Positions 45,231 to 54,203 of a DNA stretch of 55,559 nucleotides are shown here, one piece after another. The position numbers and the translations under genes were made by a program. The notes below the pieces were generated by a model, which was not told where the DNA came from, made no database searches, and saw nothing but the letters and a program-made list of their open reading frames with translations. Within the stretch, counting starts at the first letter, position 1. Every line of letters begins with the position of its first letter. This DNA is from Marinilabiliales bacterium (GTDB taxonomy: Bacteria > Bacteroidota > Bacteroidia > Bacteroidales > DTU049), in assembly GCA_002869435.1 (NCBI GenBank), contig PKSX01000159.1, forward strand, positions 1 to 55,559. The letters are read 5' to 3'.

Positions 45231-46769
45231 ATGCCAATCATTGGGTCCTTAATAAAAAGTGCCATTGAACTTCGCAGCAAAATGCCTGCAGAAAACAGGC
45301 AGGGAAATCCTGTTGCAGCCCAGAAAAAGGTTCTCAGGCGGCTTATTCGCAAGGCTCAACTGACTTCCTTTGGTGAGCATTACGGATTTTCAGAAATCCT
45401 GAAATCAAAGAATACCATTGAGGATTTTAGGAACAATGTACCGTTGCATGATTACAACAAAATGCACAATGATTGGTGGTATCGTGCTCTTAGCGGAGAA
45501 GCTTATGTTTCCTGGCCGGGTCGTGTAAAGTATTTTGCGTTAAGCTCCGGAACAAGTGAAGCATCGAGCAAATATATTCCTGTAACAGCAGATATGATTC
45601 GGGCCATCAAAAAAATCAGTGTCAGACAGCTTGTTTCTCTAGCGAGATACGACATTCCGAAAGATTTTTTCAAGCGCGGAATTCTCATGCTCGGAGGAAG
45701 CACCCATTTAAATTATAATGGCACATATTACGAGGGTGATTTAAGCGGAATAACCACCGGAAATATTCCATTCTGGTTTCAGCACCATTATAAGCCCGGG
45801 AAACGCATCAGTAAAGAGCGCGACTGGGAAACAAAACTCGAAGAGATCATTAAAAAAGCGCCCGAATGGGATATTGGGGCAATAGTTGGTGTTCCGGCCT
45901 GGTTTCAGATATTGCTTAAAAAAATTATTGACCGATACGATCTGGAACACATCCATGAAATCTGGCCTAACCTGCATATTTTTACACACGGTGGTGTGAG
46001 TTTTGCTCCATACATCAGCAGTTTTGAAAAACTGGTTGGCAGAGAAATGATTTACATGGAGACCTATCTTGCTTCAGAGGGTTTCATTGCATACCAGAAC
46101 CGCCCGGGAACAAAATCGATGTCGTTGGTTTGCGATAACGGTATCTTTTATGAATTTGTACCTTTCAATGATGATAATTTTGATTTCGAGGGTAATCTGA
46201 AACCTGATGCAAAAACACTTACACTTGGTGAAGTTGAAATTGATAAAGAATACGCTTTATTACTGAGCACAAATGCAGGTGCCTGGCGATATTTAATAGG
46301 CGACGTGGTACGGTTTACCAGTTTGAACCCGCCTGAAATTCTTATTGTGGGGCGCACAAAGCACTATCTGAGTATTTGTGGAGAACATTTATCTCAGGAG
46401 AATATGAACCGTGCCATTGAAATGTACGAGCAGGACAATAATGTTTCCATTCCTGAGTTTACGGTTGCCGGCCTGCCATACGAAAACATGTTTCAGCATA
46501 AATGGTGGATAGGCTCGAGTGATCATATAGATCCCATGCATCTTTCTTCTGAGATAGATAAATATCTCAAAAAACTCAACGACGATTACCGCGTTGAACG
46601 TATTGCAGCTATAAGAAAAGTGGAAGCTGAGGTTTTGCCTGTAGACATGTTTTATGATTTCCTTAAAAGTCAGGGAAAGGTTGGTGCCCAGATCAAGTTT
46701 CCAAGGGTAATGAAAAAGCACCTGCCGGATTGGCTGAAATATCTTGAATCCGTACAAAAAAGCACGTAA
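45231..46769 (+). CDS. GH3 auxin-responsive-promoter family (acyl-adenylate-forming) protein
   Basis: 512 aa. 'FGEHYGF', 'YFALSSGTSEASSKYIPVT' and 'YRYLIGDVVRFT' are typical of bacterial GH3-family proteins. Confidence 0.85.
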   Translation: MPIIGSLIKSAIELRSKMPAENRQGNPVAAQKKVLRRLIRKAQLTSFGEHYGFSEILKSKNTIEDFRNNVPLHDYNKMHNDWWYRALSGEAYVSWPGRVKYFALSSGTSEASSKYIPVTADMIRAIKKISVRQLVSLARYDIPKDFFKRGILMLGGSTHLNYNGTYYEGDLSGITTGNIPFWFQHHYKPGKRISKERDWETKLEEIIKKAPEWDIGAIVGVPAWFQILLKKIIDRYDLEHIHEIWPNLHIFTHGGVSFAPYISSFEKLVGREMIYMETYLASEGFIAYQNRPGTKSMSLVCDNGIFYEFVPFNDDNFDFEGNLKPDAKTLTLGEVEIDKEYALLLSTNAGAWRYLIGDVVRFTSLNPPEILIVGRTKHYLSICGEHLSQENMNRAIEMYEQDNNVSIPEFTVAGLPYENMFQHKWWIGSSDHIDPMHLSSEIDKYLKKLNDDYRVERIAAIRKVEAEVLPVDMFYDFLKSQGKVGAQIKFPRVMKKHLPDWLKYLESVQKST

Positions 46770-46776
46770 CTGAATT

Positions 46777-47412
46777 ATGATCGGAGTACTGTTTGAAGGA
46801 ATGCTTTTGGGATTGATACTGGCCATCACACTTGGCCCGGCATTTTTCACCATTATTCAAACTTCGATCGATAAAGGATTTTTACCTGCTTTTCAGATTG
46901 CAATAGGTGTATCTATCAGCGATATTGCTGTAATCTTTATCACATATCTCGGGCTTTCACAGATTATTGAAAACGATATGGTAAAAATATATACCGGAAT
47001 TGCAGGCGGTATTATATTGGTGCTTTTCGGAATCTATACTTTTTACAAAAAACCTGATATAATAAAAAGACGATCGTCTAAAACCAAAACCCCTAAAAGA
47101 AAATCAAACCTCTTTACCAATCTGGCCAAAGGGTTCTTTTTGAATATTGTAAATCCATTTGTTATTCTTTTCTGGATTACTATTATCGGATATGTATCAC
47201 ATGCAGCTCCTTATGGCAAAATGGACGAATATGCCATTATGTTCTTCAGTGGCACAATAATCACTGTTTTCGCTACAGATACATTGAAATCTTTTATAGG
47301 TTATAAGATTAAGAAATATTTGAAACCAAGAATTCAGCTAACAATCAACAGAATTGTTGGTATTGTACTTGTCGGTTTTGGTATTGTACTCATCATTAGG
47401 TTGTTTTTCTAA
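46777..47412 (+). CDS. LysE/RhtB family amino-acid exporter
   Basis: 211 aa, ~6 TM. N-terminal 'GLILAITLGPAFFTIIQTS' is LysE-type. Confidence 0.8.
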   Translation: MIGVLFEGMLLGLILAITLGPAFFTIIQTSIDKGFLPAFQIAIGVSISDIAVIFITYLGLSQIIENDMVKIYTGIAGGIILVLFGIYTFYKKPDIIKRRSSKTKTPKRKSNLFTNLAKGFFLNIVNPFVILFWITIIGYVSHAAPYGKMDEYAIMFFSGTIITVFATDTLKSFIGYKIKKYLKPRIQLTINRIVGIVLVGFGIVLIIRLFF

Positions 47413-47582
47413 TACACCAATAGAACAAGATTATTTTTTTCGAGCATATATTTCAGTTTCATCCATATATTGTCGTTATGATTCTTGATTTGGCAAATAT
47501 TTTTACTTAATCTTCGAGTAAATAAAGCGAGTTATTTTCTGTAAATATTTTGTCAAATTCTTTGATAAGAACAAAATTTCTA

Positions 47583-47590
47583 TATTTTTG
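47583..47590 (+). promoter_or_regulatory. Bacteroidota -7 box TATTTTTG, candidate promoter of the liu-like operon
   Basis: Exact motif, 49 nt upstream of the ATG at 47640. Confidence 0.35.
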
Positions 47591-47639
47591 ATCAATTAAT
47601 TCGAAGTGAGTTGAAACGACAATTTCAAGTAAAAACAAG

Positions 47640-48389
47640 ATGTATAAATTAGAATCCAAAATTGATGTCCATTCGGAAAGTTTTATTGAAAATAAACAAG
47701 AATTTCTGAAGCTACTGAACAGATACAAAGAGGAATATCAGAAAGTAATGAATGCTGTTCCTGCAAAGACAATTGAGAAGCATAAAAGCAGGGGCAAGCT
47801 TCTTGCCCGTGAGAGGATTAATCTTCTTATTGATCCAAACACTCCTTTTCTCGAATTGTCACCGCTTGCTGCATACGATATGTATGATAATGGCTTTCCT
47901 TCTGCAGGGATTGTAACTGGTGTTGGCTTGATTCACGGACGCGAAACTGTGATTATAGCAAATGATGCTACTGTAAAAGGTGGTACTTATATGCACCTGA
48001 CCATAAAAAAACATTTAAGAGCACAGGAAATTGCAATGGAGAATGGATTACCATGTGTATATCTGGTTGATTCAGGTGGTGCCTTCTTACCCGAGCAGGA
48101 TACTGTATTTCCGGACAGAGATCATTTTGGACGGTTTTTTTACAACCAGGCAAGATTATCATCAATGGGAATCCCTCAGATTGCAGCTGTAATGGGCTCC
48201 TGCACCGCCGGCGGCGCCTATGTCCCGGCCATGAGTGATGAGACCATCATTGTAAAAAAACAGGGAACTATTTTCCTCGGTGGACCACCACTTGTAAAAG
48301 CTGCTACAGGAGAAATTGTAAGTTCTGAAGAATTGGGTGGAGCCGAAGTGCATACTTCTATTTCGGGTGTAGCTTACCATTTTGCTTAA
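47640..48389 (+). CDS. Methylcrotonoyl-CoA carboxylase beta-type carboxyltransferase, N-terminal part (ends at an in-frame TAA; possible pseudogene or split gene)
   Basis: 249 aa, co-linear with the MCCC2/LiuB N domain ('[15 protein letters not shown]', '[11 protein letters not shown]', 'VDSGGAFLP', '[17 protein letters not shown]'). It stops within '[13 protein letters not shown]'. Confidence 0.85.
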   Translation: MYKLESKIDVHSESFIENKQEFLKLLNRYKEEYQKVMNAVPAKTIEKHKSRGKLLARERINLLIDPNTPFLELSPLAAYDMYDNGFPSAGIVTGVGLIHGRETVIIANDATVKGGTYMHLTIKKHLRAQEIAMENGLPCVYLVDSGGAFLPEQDTVFPDRDHFGRFFYNQARLSSMGIPQIAAVMGSCTAGGAYVPAMSDETIIVKKQGTIFLGGPPLVKAATGEIVSSEELGGAEVHTSISGVAYHFA

Positions 48390-48413
48390 AACGACCATCA
48401 TGCGATTCAGATA

Positions 48414-49247
48414 TTGAGAAATATTTTTGAGTCGATGAAGTTCAAGAAAAAGCAGGCTTTTGACCTTGCTCCAATTGAAGAACCGGCATATGACCCTGAA
48501 GAGTTGTACGGTATTGCACCTGTTGATTTTAAAAATCTTGTTGACCCAAAAGAAATTATTGCACGTATTGTTGACGGAAGTAAATTTCATGAGTTCAAAG
48601 AGAAATACGGAACTACTATTGTTACCGGCTTTGCACGAATCATGGGCTTCCCGGTGGGTATCATAGCAAATAACGGGGTTATTTTCTCTGAATCCGCATT
48701 GAAAGCAACACATTTCATTGAACTATGTACTTCTAAGAAGATTCCTCTATTATTCCTGCAAAATATAACAGGGTTTATTGTGGGGAAAGATTTTGAAAGA
48801 GGCGGAATCGCTAAAGACGGTGCAAAATTGGTGCATGCTGTTGCTAATGCGAATGTTCCCAAATTCACAGTAATATTCGGAGGTTCATTCGGGGCCGGTA
48901 ATTATGGAATGGCCGGAAGAGCATATGATCCACGCTTGTTGTTCATGTGGCCCAACGCAAAAATCTCCGTTATGGGTGGCCGACAGGCTGCAATAGTGCT
49001 GACAACAGTAAAAGAAGATCAATACAGAGCCAAAGGCGTTGAACCACCAGCCGATGAAATAGAAGCGCTCAGAAAAAGCATCATGGATAAATATGAATAT
49101 GAAGGATCTGCTTATTACAGTACCGCAAGATTGTGGGATGATGGCATTATAGATCCGGTGGATACAAGAAAAGTATTGGCCCTTGGAATTGCAATGTCTC
49201 AAAACAAAGAAATCCCTGATCAGAAGTACGGTGTATTCAGAATGTAA
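48414..49247 (+). CDS. Methylcrotonoyl-CoA carboxylase beta-type carboxyltransferase, C-terminal part (same frame as 47640-48389)
   Basis: Co-linear with the MCCC2 C domain ('VDGSKFHEFKEKYGTTIVTGFARIMGFPVGIIANNGVIFSESALKATHFIELC', 'LFLQNITGFIVG', 'ARLWDDGIIDP', 'YGVFRM' end). Homology already reads through from 48390. Possible restarts are TTG 48414 and ATG 48435. Confidence 0.8.
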   Translation: MRNIFESMKFKKKQAFDLAPIEEPAYDPEELYGIAPVDFKNLVDPKEIIARIVDGSKFHEFKEKYGTTIVTGFARIMGFPVGIIANNGVIFSESALKATHFIELCTSKKIPLLFLQNITGFIVGKDFERGGIAKDGAKLVHAVANANVPKFTVIFGGSFGAGNYGMAGRAYDPRLLFMWPNAKISVMGGRQAAIVLTTVKEDQYRAKGVEPPADEIEALRKSIMDKYEYEGSAYYSTARLWDDGIIDPVDTRKVLALGIAMSQNKEIPDQKYGVFRM

Positions 49248-49272
49248 TAATGCAAATCTAAAATGAACGTCA

Positions 49273-50064
49273 ATGAAAACATTTGAAACAATAGAATTTG
49301 AATTAACCAATGGTATTGCTACCATTTGGCTGAACCGTCCTGAAGTACATAATGCTTTGAATGAGCTGATGATCTCAGAGATTATTGCCTGTTACGAGGA
49401 AATTAATAATATGGCCGATGTACGTGTTGTTATTCTACGTGGACGAGGAAAATCATTTTGTGCGGGAGCAGACCTGAATTACATGAAAGGCATTGCTGAA
49501 TTTGGTTTTGAAGAGAACTATCAGGACAGCCTCCGCTTAGCTAAATGTTTTAACGCTATTTATACATGTAAAAAGCCAACCATTGCCATTGTACATGGTG
49601 CAGCTATTGGTGGTGCAAACGGATTACTTGCATCTTGCGACTTCGTTTATTGTGCTGACGACACAAAATTTGCATTCAGTGAAGTGAAACTTGGTATTGC
49701 CCCGGCAACAATATCTCTCTATGTTGTTAAACGTATAGGAGAATATGGTGCCCGCGACCTGATGCTTACAGGAAGAAGATTTACAGGAAAAGACGCCGAA
49801 TGGTATCGTTTAGCCAACAAATCACTTCCGGTGGAAGAATTGGATGAGCATGTGGGCAAGATCATCAAAACACTACTTAGCAGCGGACCAGATGCCATTG
49901 CAGCGTGCAAATCACTTATCTATAATATTTCCAATAAAATGCCTTTTGAAGAAGCCATTGATTATACGGCAAAGCTTATTGCTGAGCTTCGTGCATCGAA
50001 TGAAGGACAGGAAGGAATGGCTTCGTTTCTTGAAAAAAGAAAGCCCAATTGGGTTGTTGAATAA
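49273..50064 (+). CDS. Enoyl-CoA hydratase/isomerase (crotonase) family, probable 3-methylglutaconyl-CoA hydratase by context
   Basis: 263 aa. 'FCAGADL', 'AIVHGAAIGGANGL' and 'FAFSEVKLGI'. It sits between the two carboxylase components. Confidence 0.85.
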   Translation: MKTFETIEFELTNGIATIWLNRPEVHNALNELMISEIIACYEEINNMADVRVVILRGRGKSFCAGADLNYMKGIAEFGFEENYQDSLRLAKCFNAIYTCKKPTIAIVHGAAIGGANGLLASCDFVYCADDTKFAFSEVKLGIAPATISLYVVKRIGEYGARDLMLTGRRFTGKDAEWYRLANKSLPVEELDEHVGKIIKTLLSSGPDAIAACKSLIYNISNKMPFEEAIDYTAKLIAELRASNEGQEGMASFLEKRKPNWVVE

Positions 50065-50112
50065 TGATAGTTTTTTACTTAAATTGAAATCAGAAAACAT
50101 TAAATTGAAGTA

Positions 50113-52284
50113 ATGAGTAAACGCAGAATAGAATTCAGTTTGTTATACAGAGACATGTGGCAGTCATCCGGCAAGTATGTACCACGTGTTGATCAATTGG
50201 TACGTATAGCTCCGGTAATCATTGACATGGGTTGTTTTGCCAGAATTGAAAGCAATGGTGGAGCTTTTGAACAGGTGAATCTCTTGTTTGGCGAAAATCC
50301 TAACAATGCAGTAAGGCAATGGGTTAAGCCTTTTAATGAAGCAGGTATTCAAACTCATATGCTTGAACGTGCATTGAATGGAATAAGAATGTTTCCTGTA
50401 CCTGCTGATGTAAGGCGTTTGATGTATAAGGTAAAAAAAGCACAGGGTGTTGATATTGCCAGATCTTTTTGCGGGTTGAACGATCACCGAAATCTTGAAC
50501 TGTCAATAAAGTACGCGAAAGAAGCCGGCATGATTTCTCAGGCCGCTTTAAGTATTACGCATTCAAAATTGCATACGGTCGATTATTTCATGAATGTTGT
50601 TGACAAAGCTGTTGAATATGGAACGGATGAGATCTGTTTAAAAGATATGGCCGGCATTGGAAGGCCACACACTCTTGGCAAACTGGTCTATGCCATGAAA
50701 CAAAAATATCCGCATATAAAAGTGCAGTATCATGGCCACTCAGGACCCGGCTTTTCTGTAGCATCTACACTTGAAGTTGCAAAAGCCGGTGCAGATATTA
50801 TTGATGTTGCCATGGAACCTTTATCGTGGGGTATGGTGCATCCCGATGTAATAACAATTCGAGAAATGCTTGATGATGCAGGATTTGATGTTCCTGAGAT
50901 TAACATGAATGCCTATATGGAAGCGAGGGCACTCACACAGGAGTTCATTGATGATTTTCTGGGGTATTTCATTGATCCGAAAAACAGATACATGTCATCG
51001 CTGATGATTGCCAGCGGACTACCCGGCGGAATGATGGGAAGCCTCATGGCTGACCTTAAAGGCGTACATCAGGGAATCAACATGGCGCTGGAAGCATCAG
51101 GAAACATGCCACTTACTGAAGACGAATTGCTCATCAAACTCTTTGATGAAGTTGCCTACATATGGCCTCTTATGGGCTACCCTCCCCTGGTAACACCATT
51201 TAGCCAATACGTGAAAAACACGGCGCTTGTAAATGTATTGAATCTTGCCCAGGGGAAAGACCGTTTTGAAATGATTGATGATAATACCTGGGATATGCTG
51301 CTTGGTAAAGCTGGAAATCTTCCGGGTAAAATTGATGGAATATTTGAAAAACTGGCCAAAGAACAAAACCGTGAATTCTATACCGGTGTTCCACAGGAAG
51401 CATATCCGGATGTTCTTGATAAATATCGTGCGGAAATGGTTGAGAACGGATGGGAAACTGGTCCTGATGATGAAGAGCTTTTTGAATTTGCCATGCATGA
51501 AACGCAATACAGAGACTATAAGTCAGGCATTGCCAAACAACGTTTCGAAGAAGAAATCAATAAATTAAAATCACCAAAGAATACTACAACAGTGAAAGAA
51601 GTTCAGGTACCCAATCGTAGTGCATACAGCAAGAAAGAAGCTGACCGGGATACAGCAATGATATCTTATCTGCTTTATAGTCTAAATACATCAAGTTTTG
51701 AAGAAAAACCAATGTGTCAGCAAGAACCTGATATTTGGAAATCCATAGGTTTTTGGCGCAATATGAATGAGGTTATCATTAAATATGATGAAAAGGAAAC
51801 TGTCGTACAGATTCTGAACCAAAAGGATAACCAATACTCTTTGAAAATCGAAGAACAAACATATAATTGTGCTTTGATTTACATTGCAAAAGGTGAAGCT
51901 GATGTGAGCATAGGTGATGAAAAGTACTGGGCTAAATTTTCACAGGGTGAAAACGATTTCATGAATGTAACTATAAATGGCAAGGTACTATGCATGAGAC
52001 GTATGGATCTGCTCGAGGATCAAACCTCAGGTGGTTCTGCTACCGAAGGTGCCGGTGGAGGAAATGTAGTTAAATCGCCAATGCCCGGTAAAATTTTCAA
52101 ACTTAATGTAAAAGAGGGTGACAAGGTTACCAAAGGCGATGTTTTGCTGGTGGTTGAAGCAATGAAAATGGAAAATCGCATTCTGGCTACAAAAGATGCT
52201 GTTGTGCAGAAAATCAATATTCAGTTAAATGACATGATTGATGCATCAACCGAACTTATTTTACTTGAAGATCAAAAACAATAA
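50113..52284 (+). CDS. Chimeric biotin protein: 5S-transcarboxylase/OadA/PycB-type oxo-acid carboxyltransferase + MCC-alpha-like BT module + biotinyl (BCCP) domain
   Basis: 723 aa. 'YRDMWQS', 'NGGAFEQ', 'LKDMAG' (Lys177), 'HGHSGPG', 'LPGGMMGSL' and 'GYPPLVTPFSQ' align with 5S/OadA CT motifs. C-terminal 'VKSPMPGKI...VVEAMKMEN' is a biotinyl domain (Lys685). No ATP-grasp motifs are present. Confidence 0.85.
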   Translation: MSKRRIEFSLLYRDMWQSSGKYVPRVDQLVRIAPVIIDMGCFARIESNGGAFEQVNLLFGENPNNAVRQWVKPFNEAGIQTHMLERALNGIRMFPVPADVRRLMYKVKKAQGVDIARSFCGLNDHRNLELSIKYAKEAGMISQAALSITHSKLHTVDYFMNVVDKAVEYGTDEICLKDMAGIGRPHTLGKLVYAMKQKYPHIKVQYHGHSGPGFSVASTLEVAKAGADIIDVAMEPLSWGMVHPDVITIREMLDDAGFDVPEINMNAYMEARALTQEFIDDFLGYFIDPKNRYMSSLMIASGLPGGMMGSLMADLKGVHQGINMALEASGNMPLTEDELLIKLFDEVAYIWPLMGYPPLVTPFSQYVKNTALVNVLNLAQGKDRFEMIDDNTWDMLLGKAGNLPGKIDGIFEKLAKEQNREFYTGVPQEAYPDVLDKYRAEMVENGWETGPDDEELFEFAMHETQYRDYKSGIAKQRFEEEINKLKSPKNTTTVKEVQVPNRSAYSKKEADRDTAMISYLLYSLNTSSFEEKPMCQQEPDIWKSIGFWRNMNEVIIKYDEKETVVQILNQKDNQYSLKIEEQTYNCALIYIAKGEADVSIGDEKYWAKFSQGENDFMNVTINGKVLCMRRMDLLEDQTSGGSATEGAGGGNVVKSPMPGKIFKLNVKEGDKVTKGDVLLVVEAMKMENRILATKDAVVQKINIQLNDMIDASTELILLEDQKQ

Positions 52285-52295
52285 ATATTCTCATC

Positions 52296-53453
52296 ATGGA
52301 TTTTGAATTAACACAAGAACAAAAGTTTATCAGAGAATCCGTTCGTGATTTTGCTGAAAGAGAGATCAGACCAATAGCTCAGGAATTGGATGAAAAACAG
52401 GAATTTTCAATTGAACTCACCAAGAAAATTGGAGAATTGGGTTTATTTGGGATGATTGTATCACAAGAGTATGGAGGACAGGGTCTTGACTACATTTCAT
52501 ATATCATTGCTGTTGAAGAAATTGCACGTGTAGACGGATCACAAGCTGCAACAGTTGCTGCACACAATTCACTTGGAGTGAATCCGCTCTACTATTTCGG
52601 AAATGATGAGCAGAAGAAAAAGTATGTTCCACAATTATGCACAGGTGAGGCCTTATGGGGCTTTGGATTAACAGAACCTGATGCAGGTTCAGACTCAAGA
52701 GCTTCAAAAACAACCGCAGTATTGGCTGATGGAAAATGGAACATCAACGGATCAAAAATATTCATTACAAATGCTTCTGCTTCTATTTCAAAAGGAAGTA
52801 CTGTTCAGGCAGTCTCCGGCGAGAAGGATGGGAAAAAAGAGTTTTCAGCTATTATTGTTGAGCAAAACACACCCGGTTTTACTGCAAAATCAATGCACGA
52901 TAAAATGATGTGGAGAGCATCCAACACAGCCGAATTATACTTCGATGATTGTGTTGTTCCCGAAGAAAACCTGTTGGGTAAGCGTGGAGATGGCTCCAGA
53001 ATCATGCTGAACACACTCGACCATGGCAGATTATCCATTGCAGCTATGGGACTTGGTTGTGCTCAGGGCGCCTTTGAACTGGCCGTAAAATATGCCCAGC
53101 AAAGAATTCAGTTTGGAAAACCCATTTCAAAAAATCAGGTTGTGGCAAATAAACTGGCGGATATGGCCATGAAGATAGAACTGGCGCGCAACTTACTATA
53201 CAAAGCCTGCTGGTTGAAGGATAATGGAAAACCATTTGCCAAAGAAGCTGCAATGTCAAAACTGTATTGTGCAGAAATAGCCAATGAAGTCTCCTTCGAG
53301 GCTGTTCAGATACATGGCGGATACGGGCTGATGAAAGATTACGATGTTGAAAGACACTATCGTGATCAGCGTTTACTTCAGATTGGTGAAGGCACATCTG
53401 AAATTCAAAGGCTTGTTATCGGAAGATATGTCATTGATGAATATCCGGTTTAA
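52296..53453 (+). CDS. Acyl-CoA dehydrogenase (short/branched-chain type)
   Basis: 385 aa. 'GFGLTEPDAGSD', 'QFGKPI' and 'QIGEGTSEIQRLVIGR'. Confidence 0.92.
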   Translation: MDFELTQEQKFIRESVRDFAEREIRPIAQELDEKQEFSIELTKKIGELGLFGMIVSQEYGGQGLDYISYIIAVEEIARVDGSQAATVAAHNSLGVNPLYYFGNDEQKKKYVPQLCTGEALWGFGLTEPDAGSDSRASKTTAVLADGKWNINGSKIFITNASASISKGSTVQAVSGEKDGKKEFSAIIVEQNTPGFTAKSMHDKMMWRASNTAELYFDDCVVPEENLLGKRGDGSRIMLNTLDHGRLSIAAMGLGCAQGAFELAVKYAQQRIQFGKPISKNQVVANKLADMAMKIELARNLLYKACWLKDNGKPFAKEAAMSKLYCAEIANEVSFEAVQIHGGYGLMKDYDVERHYRDQRLLQIGEGTSEIQRLVIGRYVIDEYPV

Positions 53454-53489
53454 TTAAACAACACATAGTAAACTACTAAAACTAATTAT

Positions 53490-54182
53490 ATGAGTAAAGT
53501 TTTTGAAAATGCTTTTGAAGCAATTCATGATATCTCCGACGGGGCTTCAATCATGTTTGGTGGATTTGGTTTATGTGGCATACCCGAGAACTGTATCAAT
53601 GCGCTTGTTGAGAAAAACATTCAGAATCTCACATGTATTTCCAACAATGCAGGAATTGATGATTTCGGACTGGGGTTATTGCTAAGAAAACACCAGATGA
53701 AAAAGATGATCGCTTCTTATGTGGGCGAAAACAAAGAGTTTGAACGTCAATTAATAGCCGGTGAACTTGAAGTTGAACTGATACCACAGGGAACACTAGC
53801 AGAAAGATGTCGTGCAGCCTGTATGGGTATACCTGCTTTCTTTGTGCCTGCAGGTTTCGGTACTGAAGTACAAGGAGATAAAGAAACTCGTGAGTTTAAC
53901 GGAAAAATGCATGTACTGGAACATGCGATGGAAGCTGATTATTCAATCATCAAAGCCTGGAAGGGTGATACTAATGGAAATCTGATTTACAGAAATACGG
54001 CCAATAATTTCAATCAGCCTATGGCCGGTGCAGGCAAGATTACGATTGCTGAAGTTGAAGAACTGGTGCCTTTTGGCGAACTTGATCCAAACGACATACA
54101 TACACCTGGCGTATTTGTAAATCGTATTTTCCAGGGAACGAATTATGAGAAACGTATTGAATTCGTTACTGAACAGAGTTAA
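53490..54182 (+). CDS. scoA: 3-oxoacid CoA-transferase subunit A
   Basis: 230 aa, near-colinear with ScoA/AtoD ('GGFGLCGIPE', 'KKMIASYVGENKEFERQ', 'GELEVELIPQGTLAER', 'ITIAEVEELV'). Confidence 0.92.
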   Translation: MSKVFENAFEAIHDISDGASIMFGGFGLCGIPENCINALVEKNIQNLTCISNNAGIDDFGLGLLLRKHQMKKMIASYVGENKEFERQLIAGELEVELIPQGTLAERCRAACMGIPAFFVPAGFGTEVQGDKETREFNGKMHVLEHAMEADYSIIKAWKGDTNGNLIYRNTANNFNQPMAGAGKITIAEVEELVPFGELDPNDIHTPGVFVNRIFQGTNYEKRIEFVTEQS

Positions 54183-54203
54183 TCACATTAAAAAACAATT
54201 GAA

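Noticed and set aside
7297-46853. Other long antisense or overlapping ORFs: 7297-7824, 11437-11949, 13355-13711, 15598-16065, 30591-31031, 41837-42295, 44525-44926 and 46389-46853.
   Set aside because: Each lies fully inside a well-supported conserved gene on the opposite strand. Each has low-complexity or hydrophobic junk-like composition typical of shadow ORFs.
13-48389. Stop-codon reassignment (TGA=Gly or TAA=sense) as an explanation for the two in-frame stops (13-15 and 48387-48389).
   Set aside because: TAA, TAG and TGA each terminate several highly conserved genes in this window at the expected protein length. Examples are recN, fabI, rho and rimO (TAA), ftsY and the polyprenyl synthase (TAG), and the ECF sigma (TGA). 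A standard code with point lesions or errors is simpler.
48162-48713. 183-aa minus-strand ORF spanning the MCC-beta stop junction.
   Set aside because: It is antisense to strongly conserved carboxyltransferase coding sequence. Its Cys/Asn/Phe-rich composition is not protein-like, and I recognise no motif.
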